This document shows, piece after piece, positions 23,883 to 31,462 of a stretch of DNA of 45,115 bases. Made by a program: the position numbers and the translations under genes. The notes under the pieces are model-generated. The model saw only the letters and a list, made by a program, of their open reading frames with translations. It did not search any database and was not told the origin of the DNA. The DNA is from a virus: positions 1 through 45,115 of IMG/VR virus record IMGVR_UViG_3300045988_060953. One strand, written 5' to 3'. Position 1 is the stretch's first letter. Every line of letters begins with the position of its first letter.

Positions 23883-25736
23883 TCACCCCTTGTACTTTCC
23901 GCTCTCAATAAACTCAATTGCCCATGCCATCAAACCGAACGGCTCATTCAGCGTCTTGTTTTCAAAGCGATAACGAGTTTTGTCAACCCGCTTCAACTTC
24001 GCCTTGGTGTGCAAGGTGCGTGCCGTGGTGTCGCTGGAAAAACTGAACTTCGAGAAAACAAGCTGTGCAAAGGACAGATAGCGTGAATTAAATGCATTCC
24101 GTTTCAGGGTTTTCCATTCGCCTTTGCGCAACACCCGCATATCCACACTGGTGGCAACTGCGGCCGCAACGCTAACTGCGAGATACCTGAATGTCTTGTT
24201 CTTATAGAAAAGGCGTCCCGAAATATCAGGGGTTTCCCACCATGCTTCAATCGGTTCGCCCATATCGTTGTAGCTGTCAAGGCTGGCCGGGTCGTCATAG
24301 AAACGGCATACCTTGCCGTCTGCCGTGCCGAAATACAGCCTCTCATCAATCACCCACAGGGCGCTTGCCGGTACGTTGGTACGGAAGAAACAAGCGTACT
24401 GCCGCGTGGAATACGGTTCAGAGGCCGCCCGTCCGATGTTTTGCAGTCCGTCAAGGATGTATGCATGATCGTTCACAACCAACCAATACAGGTCTTTGTG
24501 GACTACTGCCACCGCATCTTCAAGATTCTTTTCCTTTTTGAGCTTCTCGTTGATGTAGTAGCTCCGGTTCTGTGCATAGCGTTCGCCGCTAATATCCGAC
24601 GGGGTAATTGCAAACACGCCCAGCTTTGTCAAAAACACCGGCTCCGTGGACAGATACGCAAAAGAGCGCTTCGCCACGGCACCGGGGCCTTGTAACGTAT
24701 TGATAATGGGGAATGCGGGCGTGGAATTTACCAGATCGCCGCGCCGGACAATCACATTCCGGTCAGGTTCGGCATCGTCCTTGTGCGTGGCAAGGTAGTT
24801 ATTGATAATGCTGTACCCAATGATTGCGCTGCCAGCCGTGCCCAACTGCGAATATCCTGTATCGGGCCAATATGTCGTGTCGTACTGCCCGGAATACCAG
24901 TCTTGGTTAGGATAATCCGGGTTCCCGGACAAGAACAGCCGGTCAGACGCTCCATTTACGCCAAATAAAATGCCAATATCGCATTTCAAAACGCGGTCTG
25001 CGTACCCTGAAACCGTCCGGCTCGCGGAGATTTCAACATTATCCTCGCCGGATAGTGGAGAAACGCCAGGGGCGGTGTTAAATGTCACCGTTCCTTTGGT
25101 TCTGTCAACCGTAAAACCGTCGTTTTTGTCCACCCATGCGCCGTCTGAATTCAGGATTTTCACCGTTACGGGTCCATCATCCAGCCCGGAAAAGCTCAGA
25201 TGGTAAACTGTGTCGTCTTTCGTACCGGCAAAGCGCTCCCTGAATTTCGGAGAAATCAGGTTGAGCGCCTCATAATCTGTGCCGCCGCCTTTCGGGGCCT
25301 TCGCGATAGAAAACAGCGGAACCTTTGCAATTTCTGCCGCGTTCTTTACGCTGGTTCCGTCGTAAATCAGGATATGCGCGCCATCAATGATAGTCAGACT
25401 GTCGTTGAGTTGCCAGCTTTTGGAAGGGGCATTGTTCGCTTGTTCGTATAAAACCGTCCCGTTTTCACGGTACAGCTTCGTTCCTGCATGGATAATGCCT
25501 TCTTTATCCTTTTTCAGCTTGTGATACCCGTTGATTTTCCCATCAAACGTTCTCACAAGCTCATAGCCCATGGATTTTCGGACTTTCCCGGGCACGTCTC
25601 GGATCATGTTCTGCCCGTTCGGAGACTGCCGCTTATCTACGTTTCCGGGGGCGTTGCTGTAATCCACGCCCAGAAACGTATCGACCACCATTGTGCTAGG
25701 GGACACCTGGTCAGGAACTCTAAAATGTACTGCCAT
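23883..25736 (-). CDS. Large virion structural protein (beta-rich, propeller-like), possible tail tubular/nozzle protein
   Basis: 617 aa. RBS AAGGAGGGG. Occupies the slot right after terL where a portal is usually found, but the sequence lacks portal-like motifs. Function is inferred. Confidence 0.35.
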   Translation of the reverse strand: MAVHFRVPDQVSPSTMVVDTFLGVDYSNAPGNVDKRQSPNGQNMIRDVPGKVRKSMGYELVRTFDGKINGYHKLKKDKEGIIHAGTKLYRENGTVLYEQANNAPSKSWQLNDSLTIIDGAHILIYDGTSVKNAAEIAKVPLFSIAKAPKGGGTDYEALNLISPKFRERFAGTKDDTVYHLSFSGLDDGPVTVKILNSDGAWVDKNDGFTVDRTKGTVTFNTAPGVSPLSGEDNVEISASRTVSGYADRVLKCDIGILFGVNGASDRLFLSGNPDYPNQDWYSGQYDTTYWPDTGYSQLGTAGSAIIGYSIINNYLATHKDDAEPDRNVIVRRGDLVNSTPAFPIINTLQGPGAVAKRSFAYLSTEPVFLTKLGVFAITPSDISGERYAQNRSYYINEKLKKEKNLEDAVAVVHKDLYWLVVNDHAYILDGLQNIGRAASEPYSTRQYACFFRTNVPASALWVIDERLYFGTADGKVCRFYDDPASLDSYNDMGEPIEAWWETPDISGRLFYKNKTFRYLAVSVAAAVATSVDMRVLRKGEWKTLKRNAFNSRYLSFAQLVFSKFSFSSDTTARTLHTKAKLKRVDKTRYRFENKTLNEPFGLMAWAIEFIESGKYKG

Positions 25737-25747
25737 GTTCCCCCTCC

Positions 25748-27229
25748 TTAGAACGGATCTCCGAACTTCTGAATCATGTACGCCTTTCCCTCATCGTCTG
25801 CGTTGTAGTAATCCTCCCACAGGTCAGATTCCCACATGACGTGCTTCTTTGCTTGCGTGGCTTCTGCGGGTGCAGTCCACCAAACACAAAAATACCGCAA
25901 GCTATCCACGGAGTGCGTCAAGCTATGCGGTTCCTTCGCGTAAACGTCAGGTTTACGTTCGTCCTTTTGAATTTTCTGCAAGCACCGTAACAACGTTGGG
26001 GTCTTGTACATTGTCAGCCATGCTGTATTTGTCGCCGGGTCAATGCGGAACCACTCTTTCATGGCCGCGCATCCAGCGGGAAAATCACGGCTCACCTGCA
26101 CCAATTGAAGCCCCGCCTCAAGAAACAGCTGCGCCCGGCTCTTGCCGCTTTCCTGACTGCGCCCCCACAGGTCAGAGGGGGCCAGGAACAACTCAACATC
26201 CTCGCCCTTCGACAGTTTCAAGACGGTTTCTGCCGCCGCGCCGATGGGCAAATTGCTTTCGTTATACTCTTTGTACACACAGGCATGGCCTGTTACATCA
26301 ATGTTTACCCAATGGACGCTCAGCATATCAAGGCCATAGTCCATCACGCAATAGCGCCTGCCCTTTGCGGGAAGTTTATCCACACAATGGGTTTCCTTCC
26401 TCACTTCGGGGAAGAACGCGCCGCCGGGGACTTCCAATGCCTGATCTACAGTTGCGGGGTATTCCTGATAGGTCTTATCTTCGCCCAGCGCGTTCAGCGT
26501 CCGTTTGTACCACGCTTCATCCCGGCGGGGGTCAGCGCTCCACGGCAGAAACAGCTTCGTGAACCCGTTGTCCGGGTTTGTGTAAATCTCTTCAAACAGC
26601 GTCCCGCGCTTGATTGTGGACAGACCAATGACTCGGCCGCCGGTTGGGCGGTTGATGACAGGGAACGCTGCTTGCCAGATCTCTTCCGCGTACTGCTGGA
26701 ACGCCCATTCGTCAATGATAATTAAATCAGCTGTGAACGAACGGCCGGCAGAAGGGGACGAAGGGAACGCTTTGAAAACGCCTTCCGGGCCGTCTGGCCA
26801 TCGCACCCGCAATTCCAATGCGGATGCCTTAAACACAGGCCCGCTCCACCCGGCGGGTACAGCGCCCTCTTCCGCAATGAACTCCGGCATGTAGCGCAAA
26901 ATCACGCCCATACGCCGCACAAGCTCTTTTGCCTCGTCCTCTGTTCTGGACAAGCCAACGACTGTTCGGCCCGTATTCAACGCCAACAGCCTGCTCGCCT
27001 CGGCCAATGCAAGCCATGTAAAACCAAGTTGCCGCGCTTTTAGCACAACAATCAGCCGATCGTTTGCGAATGCTTGCAAGGCTTTCTTCTGCCCGTCCCA
27101 CAGCTTGAAGGGAACGATCAGTTCAGCTGCGTCCTTGTCCTCAATGTGGACATACGTTTCCACGAAGTAGGCAGGGTGCTCCATGCAGTATTTCGCTTCC
27201 GCTTTTCTTACATCTGCAAATCCTGCCAT
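25748..27229 (-). CDS. terL: Terminase large subunit
   Basis: Start at ATG 27229 (RBS GGAAAGGAAG). Walker A-like VVLKARQLGFTW. Walker B LIIIDEWAF. C-terminal nuclease Asp region RYCVMDYGLDMLS. Confidence 0.85.
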   Translation of the reverse strand: MAGFADVRKAEAKYCMEHPAYFVETYVHIEDKDAAELIVPFKLWDGQKKALQAFANDRLIVVLKARQLGFTWLALAEASRLLALNTGRTVVGLSRTEDEAKELVRRMGVILRYMPEFIAEEGAVPAGWSGPVFKASALELRVRWPDGPEGVFKAFPSSPSAGRSFTADLIIIDEWAFQQYAEEIWQAAFPVINRPTGGRVIGLSTIKRGTLFEEIYTNPDNGFTKLFLPWSADPRRDEAWYKRTLNALGEDKTYQEYPATVDQALEVPGGAFFPEVRKETHCVDKLPAKGRRYCVMDYGLDMLSVHWVNIDVTGHACVYKEYNESNLPIGAAAETVLKLSKGEDVELFLAPSDLWGRSQESGKSRAQLFLEAGLQLVQVSRDFPAGCAAMKEWFRIDPATNTAWLTMYKTPTLLRCLQKIQKDERKPDVYAKEPHSLTHSVDSLRYFCVWWTAPAEATQAKKHVMWESDLWEDYYNADDEGKAYMIQKFGDPF

Positions 27230-27361
27230 ACTTCTTCCTTTCCCTTGTGCGCAGACCCATTGCAGGGCCTTACTGGGCGGAGGCTTTCCCGCTTGCCCAT
27301 CTATTTGCACGCACAACCCCATTCCCGCCCTCCGGGCTTATCCTGTGCCCGGCTCACCCAT

Positions 27362-27435
27362 TGGTTGGGCTGGCAGGTGTCGAACCTGCTATGTGGGAGT
27401 CAAAGTCCCATGCCTTACCGTTTGGCCACAGCCCA
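27362..27435 (-). tRNA. tRNA-Gln(TTG), CCA encoded
   Basis: Hand-folded: acceptor TGGGCTG/CAGCCCA; D arm GCC-AAACGGTAA-GGC; anticodon arm TGGGA-CTTTGAC-TCCCA; T arm GCAGG-TTCGACA-CCTGC; A-CCA. Confidence 0.85.
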
Positions 27436-27539
27436 ATAAAAAAGCCCCGCATGGTACGCATTGTGAAGAGGCGCGCGGGGGTGCCTGCCGTGAACTCCCG
27501 CTTGCGCCCCGGCGGGATATTTTAACGGGTCATCGGCTT

Positions 27540-27615
27540 TGGAGCCGCCAGAAGGACTCGAACCCTCGACCTGCTGCTTACAAGACAGCCGCTCTACCAA
27601 CTGAGCTATGACGGC
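27540..27615 (-). tRNA. tRNA-Thr(TGT), CCA encoded
   Basis: Hand-folded: acceptor GCCGTCA/TGGCGGC; D arm GCTC-AGTTGGTA-GAGC; anticodon arm GCTGT-CTTGTAA-GCAGC; T arm GAGGG-TTCGAGT-CCTTC; T-CCA. Confidence 0.85.
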
Positions 27616-28073
27616 ATAATGGGGCGTTTCCGCCCCTCCTACTTTGCGTGTAGGGCCGCCCGTGTGAACTTACCCGCCACACGGCACGGGGAACAAAACC
27701 TTTAGCTTTGATTTGGGTACCAGCCTCACAAAGCCCATGGAAGCAGGCTACAATGCCGCCTGCTATGGCCGGAGAACAACAATGGTTGTGAATGGCGAAA
27801 AAATATTTTTTTCGAGTACCACCCTTTTGAGAAGAGGGGAGGGGCGAACCTTGATGGGGGGGGGATTTTGAAAAAAGTCTGGCGAGAAGCCCTTTTCGCT
27901 ACGCCCCGCCCCGTCCTCGGACACCCGCCCCTGCCCCGCAGAGGGGGGGGTGGGGGCCTCCAGAGAATAGCGGTACAGAATATCTATACTACTATATGCG
28001 GCAACCCCTCGCAGTGGTCAAAGCCCAAGCCTATTTCGCTAAATAAAGATTAAACGAAACAGTAAACAACGCT

Positions 28074-28550
28074 TTACCGTTTCTTTTTGGCCTTTTGCGC
28101 TGCTGTATCTGCACTTTTGGTGCCGGATGCGTCCAGCCGGGCCGCGACTTTGCGGGCCAGCTCCACGTCCTCAGCGCTCAACTGCTGCACCGTGACGGCC
28201 TCGCCGGGCTTGTCGCCTGCACTGTCTCGCACCCATGCAGCCGCAGCCGTGTCGCCGCTGCGAGCCTTGACCACCTGGGCGATGGCTATCGCGTCGTACT
28301 GATCCAGCGGCACAGCCTCATCCTCTGCCGTCTGGCGCACCATCTCAGCAAGCTCACGGCCCTCTGTGATGTCCGCCAGATCTGCCGGCTTGCTGAGTAT
28401 CGCGTCGAGCACGTCCCGCAGCGCTCTTTTGCGCCGGCGTTGCTCCACCAGTGCAGCTTGTCCCTTGCGCGCAAAGTCCCGCCGCTCCTCTGGGCTCATG
28501 TCCCGCGTGGTGCGCAGGTTTGCCAGCGACGCGGGATTTTTTTGTGCCAT
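28074..28550 (-). CDS. terS: Terminase small subunit
   Basis: 158 aa. NPASLANLRTTRDMSPEERRDFARKGQAALVEQRRRKRALRD followed by VVKARSGDTAAAAWVRDSAGDKP is the pattern of Firmicute phage small terminases. Confidence 0.7.
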   Translation of the reverse strand: MAQKNPASLANLRTTRDMSPEERRDFARKGQAALVEQRRRKRALRDVLDAILSKPADLADITEGRELAEMVRQTAEDEAVPLDQYDAIAIAQVVKARSGDTAAAAWVRDSAGDKPGEAVTVQQLSAEDVELARKVAARLDASGTKSADTAAQKAKKKR

Positions 28551-28607
28551 ATCCTCACCCCCTACAAAAGAGGGAGGCCCCCACGCTGTGAAGGTCTCCC
28601 CGTTGTC

Positions 28608-28928
28608 TTATGTGTCTTGTCTTGCCTGCCTGATAGCGTCAGCTAGCAGCCGTGCTGCCGCCTGTGCTGGTGTCTCGCCGTCAGCCTCTAGGCCCTGGAC
28701 TGCATCCGATCTCAGGCTAAGCCGGATCCGGTCGCCGTCTTCGGTGGCCTGTGCGCCGTGGGCCATCCGTGCCCGGACTGCCGCGAGCACGTACCCTTGT
28801 AGGCTCTGCCCGGCTGCCGCTGCCGCCGCTCTGATGCTCTCGCCCTCAGGGCGCAGCGGCTTTATCATGATCTGATCACACTTTGCATTATATTTTGCGT
28901 TGCCGCGTCGTTTTGCCTCGCTTTGCAT
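28608..28928 (-). CDS. Ribbon-helix-helix (Arc/CopG-like) DNA-binding protein
   Basis: 106 aa. KYNAKCDQIMIKPLRPEGESIRAAAAAAGQSLQGYVLAAVRARM fits the beta-alpha-alpha RHH pattern. First gene after the minus-strand promoter at 28952-28981. Confidence 0.6.
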   Translation of the reverse strand: MQSEAKRRGNAKYNAKCDQIMIKPLRPEGESIRAAAAAAGQSLQGYVLAAVRARMAHGAQATEDGDRIRLSLRSDAVQGLEADGETPAQAAARLLADAIRQARQDT

Positions 28929-28951
28929 GGTTATACCTCCTTATATAGGAG

Positions 28952-28981
28952 AGTATACCACGCTCCACCGGTTCCCGTCAA
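28952..28981 (-). promoter_or_regulatory. Sigma70-type promoter for the RHH-terS transcript
   Basis: Minus strand reads TTGACG (28981..28976), 18 nt, TATACT (28957..28952). Confidence 0.6.
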
Positions 28982-29070
28982 CGTGTACAAACTGCACAAT
29001 TTCCCGTTAACCGATTTGTGAGATTCTCCAAACTTCCCGTTAACGGGTTGACAACATACACGCTAACGGG
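28972..29070. promoter_or_regulatory. Array of TTCCCGT(C/T)AAC repeats, including the palindrome CCCGTTAACGGG
   Basis: Direct copies at 28972, 29001 and 29034. Perfect 12-bp palindrome at 29036-29047 abutting the -35 of the plus promoter. An inverted half-site TAACGGG at 29064-29070 lies inside that promoter's spacer. Confidence 0.7.
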
Positions 29071-29076
29071 TATACT
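29048..29076 (+). promoter_or_regulatory. Sigma70-type promoter of the plus-strand island
   Basis: TTGACA (29048-29053), 17 nt, TATACT (29071-29076). Confidence 0.75.
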
Positions 29077-29128
29077 CTAGTCATAGCAAGCGACACAGGG
29101 CCGCAAGCAGAAGAGCAAGGAGGACGAC

Positions 29129-29467
29129 ATGAGCAAAGCACTTACCACCGAAGAGCTCATCAAAAAGATGGCGTGGCACGTATCCCGCGAGGTCAAGCAC
29201 TACGCCTCCGACTTTGAGATCGACCGCGCCCAGCTGACCGAGGCCGTCGAAACTGGCCGCTATGGTCAGTACATCTGGATCACCCGCAACTGCGGCACGC
29301 ATCTCGTGCCGGTCGGTATCGCAGCCACAGACCCCGACCAAAGCGCCGAGCTGCTGGCAGCTATCCGGCGCACATGGTCGGACGCCGAGCGCCGCGAGTA
29401 CTGCATCACCCTGGGCCCCTGCAGCCACTCTTTCCAGCCCCTCCGGCAGAGGGAGGCGCAAGCATGA
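29129..29467 (+). CDS. Hypothetical protein (island gene 1)
   Basis: 112 aa. RBS AAGGAGGA. No motif recognised. Confidence 0.55.
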   Translation: MSKALTTEELIKKMAWHVSREVKHYASDFEIDRAQLTEAVETGRYGQYIWITRNCGTHLVPVGIAATDPDQSAELLAAIRRTWSDAERREYCITLGPCSHSFQPLRQREAQA

Positions 29468-29556
29468 GACTCACCCGCATAGAGTGCCTGGCTTTGGGCT
29501 TTGCCTGGGGGCTTACGCTCCCGGTGCTATGGCTCCATTGCCTGGGCATGATCTAA
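29464..29556 (+). CDS. 30-aa hydrophobic peptide (island gene 1b)
   Basis: ATGA-coupled to gene 1. MRLTRIECLALGFAWGLTLPVLWLHCLGMI. Its stop (CTAAGA) is the 5' edge of intergenic repeat copy A, exactly as in copy C. Confidence 0.4.
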   Translation: MRLTRIECLALGFAWGLTLPVLWLHCLGMI

Positions 29557-29587
29557 GATCCGCAAGGCCGGCGCATAACGCGCCGCA
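29554..29587 (+). ncRNA. Structured intergenic element, copy A (5' module only)
   Basis: CTAAGATCCGCAAGGCCGGCGCATAACGCGCCGC shares the 5' module and first hairpin (CGGCGC-ATAAC-GCGCCG) with copies B and C, then diverges. Confidence 0.5.
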
Positions 29588-29683
29588 TCTAACCCCGGCA
29601 CCCGGACACTTTAGCAGGGCTGCACCGACTAAAGCAACCTCGCCCCATCGTCCCAAAAACAAACACAAACGGAGGTACACAAA

Positions 29684-29899
29684 ATGGCATGGCTTTACAT
29701 CCCCGCCGAGACAGGCGAACGCCTCGAAACCATCTGCGATCAGCACTACAACCCCGGACGCGGCGCGTGTGACTGCCCGCTCTGGCCCGCCTGCAGCTAC
29801 TCGAACGATCTCACAAAATCCAGCGCAGAGAACACCCGCATTTTTGAGCAGGGCATGGCCGCCGCTCTGGCCGCTCTCGACGACGAAAACAGGAGGTAA
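29684..29899 (+). CDS. Hypothetical protein (island gene 2)
   Basis: 71 aa. RBS ACGGAGGT. Cys motif GACDCPLWPAC. Confidence 0.55.
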   Translation: MAWLYIPAETGERLETICDQHYNPGRGACDCPLWPACSYSNDLTKSSAENTRIFEQGMAAALAALDDENRR

Positions 29900-29904
29900 A
29901 CAAA

Positions 29905-30189
29905 ATGGCATCCATTGAACGCAAAATCCCCGGCATCCACGCCGACAAGCCCGGAGAGTACGCCTACTGCTACGAGATGCAGCAGGCCCCCACAGGCTGC
30001 GACCACTCCGCCGATCTTTCCTTTTATGGCAAGCACTACTTCCTGCGCCCCCTGCGTGACGACCTGCCCCCGCTCCATGGGCGCGGCATTACCTACGACG
30101 CAGCAGATGGCACCTACATGGTCACGCTCCGCGCCTATGACAAGATCAAAGCGCAATACAAGGTCAAGCGCGAAACTTGCCTTGATTGA
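29905..30189 (+). CDS. Hypothetical protein (island gene 3)
   Basis: 94 aa. RBS CAGGAGGT. Confidence 0.55.
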   Translation: MASIERKIPGIHADKPGEYAYCYEMQQAPTGCDHSADLSFYGKHYFLRPLRDDLPPLHGRGITYDAADGTYMVTLRAYDKIKAQYKVKRETCLD

Positions 30190-30260
30190 CCCGCAAGGCC
30201 GACGCATAACGCGCCGCTGGTGCAAGTCCAGCCGCCCATCCGGGCGGGCGCTCATGGGTT
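30187..30260 (+). ncRNA. Structured intergenic element, copy B
   Basis: TGACCCGCAAGGCC-[GACGC ATAAC GCGCC]-[GCTGG TGCAAGT CCAGC]-[CGCCC ATCC GGGCG]-GGCGCTCATGGGTT. Starts at the stop codon of gene 3. Confidence 0.6.
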
Positions 30261-30297
30261 GAAAGCCCTACCGCAACGCCACAAAGGAGGACACATC

Positions 30298-30654
30298 ATG
30301 AAAAGACTTTTTACCCGCGAGGACGTCACCCCGTACCGCCGGGACTACACCGCCACCGTGCCCACCGCGAAGGGTGAGCGCCTCATGGTGGAGCTTATCC
30401 GCTGCGAGGACTGCAAGAGCCCGCGCTCTACTGCCGCTATCTGGTACAAGCGCGGATACACAAATACCCGGCTTGCATCCTGGTGGGCCGTGGACACATA
30501 CGCCACGGAGCCAGACGGCAGCTGCTGGGGCCGGTATAACCCCACCCACATCCCCGGAGAGAACAAGCTCAATTTTGAGTGGGTTCTCCCCGCGACCGAG
30601 GAGAATGCCGAGAAAATTCTGGCCGAGGTTGCCCGGCTGGCGGGCATCGTGTAA
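30298..30654 (+). CDS. Hypothetical protein (island gene 4)
   Basis: 118 aa from ATG 30298 (RBS AAAGGAGGA). WWAVDTYATEPDGSCWGRYNP motif of unknown function. Confidence 0.55.
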   Translation: MKRLFTREDVTPYRRDYTATVPTAKGERLMVELIRCEDCKSPRSTAAIWYKRGYTNTRLASWWAVDTYATEPDGSCWGRYNPTHIPGENKLNFEWVLPATEENAEKILAEVARLAGIV

Positions 30655-30658
30655 GTAA

Positions 30659-30686
30659 ATAGGGAGGGGCTTCCGCCTCTCCCTAT
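30659..30686 (+). terminator. Strong hairpin (12-bp stem, no U-tract) separating two sub-operons of the island
   Basis: ATAGGGAGGGGC-TTCC-GCCTCTCCCTAT with one G-U pair. Confidence 0.45.
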
Positions 30687-30805
30687 CCTCACACCATAAA
30701 TATATCACATTCACGTGCGTTTTTGTAGTGTGGGTAGCTGTTCCCAACTGTTGCATTTGCAACGGCTGCACAAAAAAGAATCTCAAAATTTAGGCAAATT
30801 GCGAA

Positions 30806-30834
30806 TTGCACCACCACCCAATGGGTGGTATAGT
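30806..30834 (+). promoter_or_regulatory. Internal island promoter with an operator palindrome in its spacer
   Basis: TTGCAC (30806-11), 17 nt, TATAGT (30829-34). The spacer contains CCACCCA-A-TGGGTGG (30814-30828). A second palindrome GTTGCATTTGCAAC lies at 30750-30763. Confidence 0.65.
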
Positions 30835-30878
30835 GTGGACAACGAGGAAGCCAAACGAAAAAACAGGAGGACAAAGCA

Positions 30879-31082
30879 ATGACGAAGATTAAAGACGGCT
30901 GGCACCGCATTTGCGGCGCAGATGTGTACGTGGAGAATGGACGCATCCTGCGCGGCCTGAAGAACGGCGGCACGGAGCCCGCTTACCCCTACAAGCCGGC
31001 ATCGAAGAAGTACGGCGGCGGCTGGGACATCGGCACCCCGTCCGTGTCGGCATTCCGTCGCGGTCCCTGGGTACTCATGTAA
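30879..31082 (+). CDS. Hypothetical protein (island gene 5)
   Basis: 67 aa. RBS CAGGAGGA. Confidence 0.55.
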   Translation: MTKIKDGWHRICGADVYVENGRILRGLKNGGTEPAYPYKPASKKYGGGWDIGTPSVSAFRRGPWVLM

Positions 31083-31101
31083 AGAGGAAGGAGAACAGAC
31101 G

Positions 31102-31365
31102 ATGAAAAAAGCCGAGTTGAAAGACGTTGCCACCCGGTACGGGATGGGCATTATCCGCGAGGAAGTCACAAGCAAAGGCGTCGGGCTGTACCTCGTGACT
31201 GAGGAGGACATCCCGGAGCTGGATGCCCTAGCCAGCACACCCCCGTTTTCCGCAGCGCCGGGAGCGGTGGACGCAACGAAAGAATACAGCCCGTGCGACA
31301 ACACCCATACTTACCGCGTCTACTGCCCCTCAAACTGGTTTGACCTGTGGGGATGGGCAGACTAA
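31102..31365 (+). CDS. Hypothetical protein (island gene 6)
   Basis: 87 aa. RBS GGAAGGAGAA. Confidence 0.55.
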   Translation: MKKAELKDVATRYGMGIIREEVTSKGVGLYLVTEEDIPELDALASTPPFSAAPGAVDATKEYSPCDNTHTYRVYCPSNWFDLWGWAD

Positions 31366-31438
31366 GACCCGCAAGGCCGACGCGCAAGCGCCGCCGGTGC
31401 AAGCCCGGCCACCCCGTAAGGGTGGGCGCTCATGGGTT
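31363..31438 (+). ncRNA. Structured intergenic element, copy C
   Basis: TAAGACCCGCAAGGCC-[GACGC GCAA GCGCC]-[GCCGG TGCAAGC CCGGC]-[CACCC CGTAA GGGTG]-GGCGCTCATGGGTT. Hairpins 2 and 3 each differ from copy B by a compensatory base-pair change. Confidence 0.6.
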
Positions 31439-31462
31439 ATCCAAAAGAAGGAGGAAAGAACC

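Noticed and set aside
4071-27100. Many long ORFs lying inside or antisense to the late genes. Plus-strand examples are 9397-10503, 6520-7269, 14305-15516, 17718-18701, 19808-21427, 21940-23205 and 26105-26725. There are also out-of-frame minus-strand ORFs.
   Set aside because: These are shadow ORFs typical of high-GC coding DNA. They lack RBSs, have Arg/Ala/Pro/Gly-rich composition, and are fully nested in well-supported genes.
27230-27361. Additional tRNA-like sequences around the two tRNA genes (27230-27361, 27436-27539 and 27616-27860).
   Set aside because: Hand-folding found only isolated short hairpins, with no T-loop/acceptor combination. tRNAscan-SE should still be run to confirm this.
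27868-28053. A 61-aa ORF in the terS-tRNA gap.
   Set aside because: It has a TTG start right after a G9 run, and its poly-Gly/Pro content derives from the G and C tracts. It is on the opposite strand to all flanking genes. I treat it as non-coding.
28929-28959. The near-palindrome GGTTATACCTCCTTATATAGGAGAGTATACC as an SD-sequestering RNA hairpin for the RHH gene.
   Set aside because: The predicted -10 box (TATACT, 28957..28952) lies inside it. The transcript probably starts within the palindrome, so the hairpin cannot form in the mRNA.
29262-29918. A 218-aa plus-strand ORF spanning several small island genes.
   Set aside because: It has no RBS and a Pro/Ala/Arg-rich, GC-frame-type composition. 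It overlaps four RBS-preceded small ORFs and reads through structured element copy A.
30211-30235. GGTGCAAGTCC in the intergenic element resembles the GGTG.AA.TCC core of cobalamin or SAM riboswitches.
   Set aside because: The other conserved riboswitch blocks (for example AGGGAA and the B12 box GCCACTG) are absent, and the element is far too short. The resemblance is limited to one loop.
29554-31438. The intergenic elements as integron attC sites, since they start right after stop codons and are structured.
   Set aside because: There is no GTTRRRY/RYYYAAC core pair, no integron integrase and no attI. The hairpins are three short local stems rather than one long imperfect palindrome.
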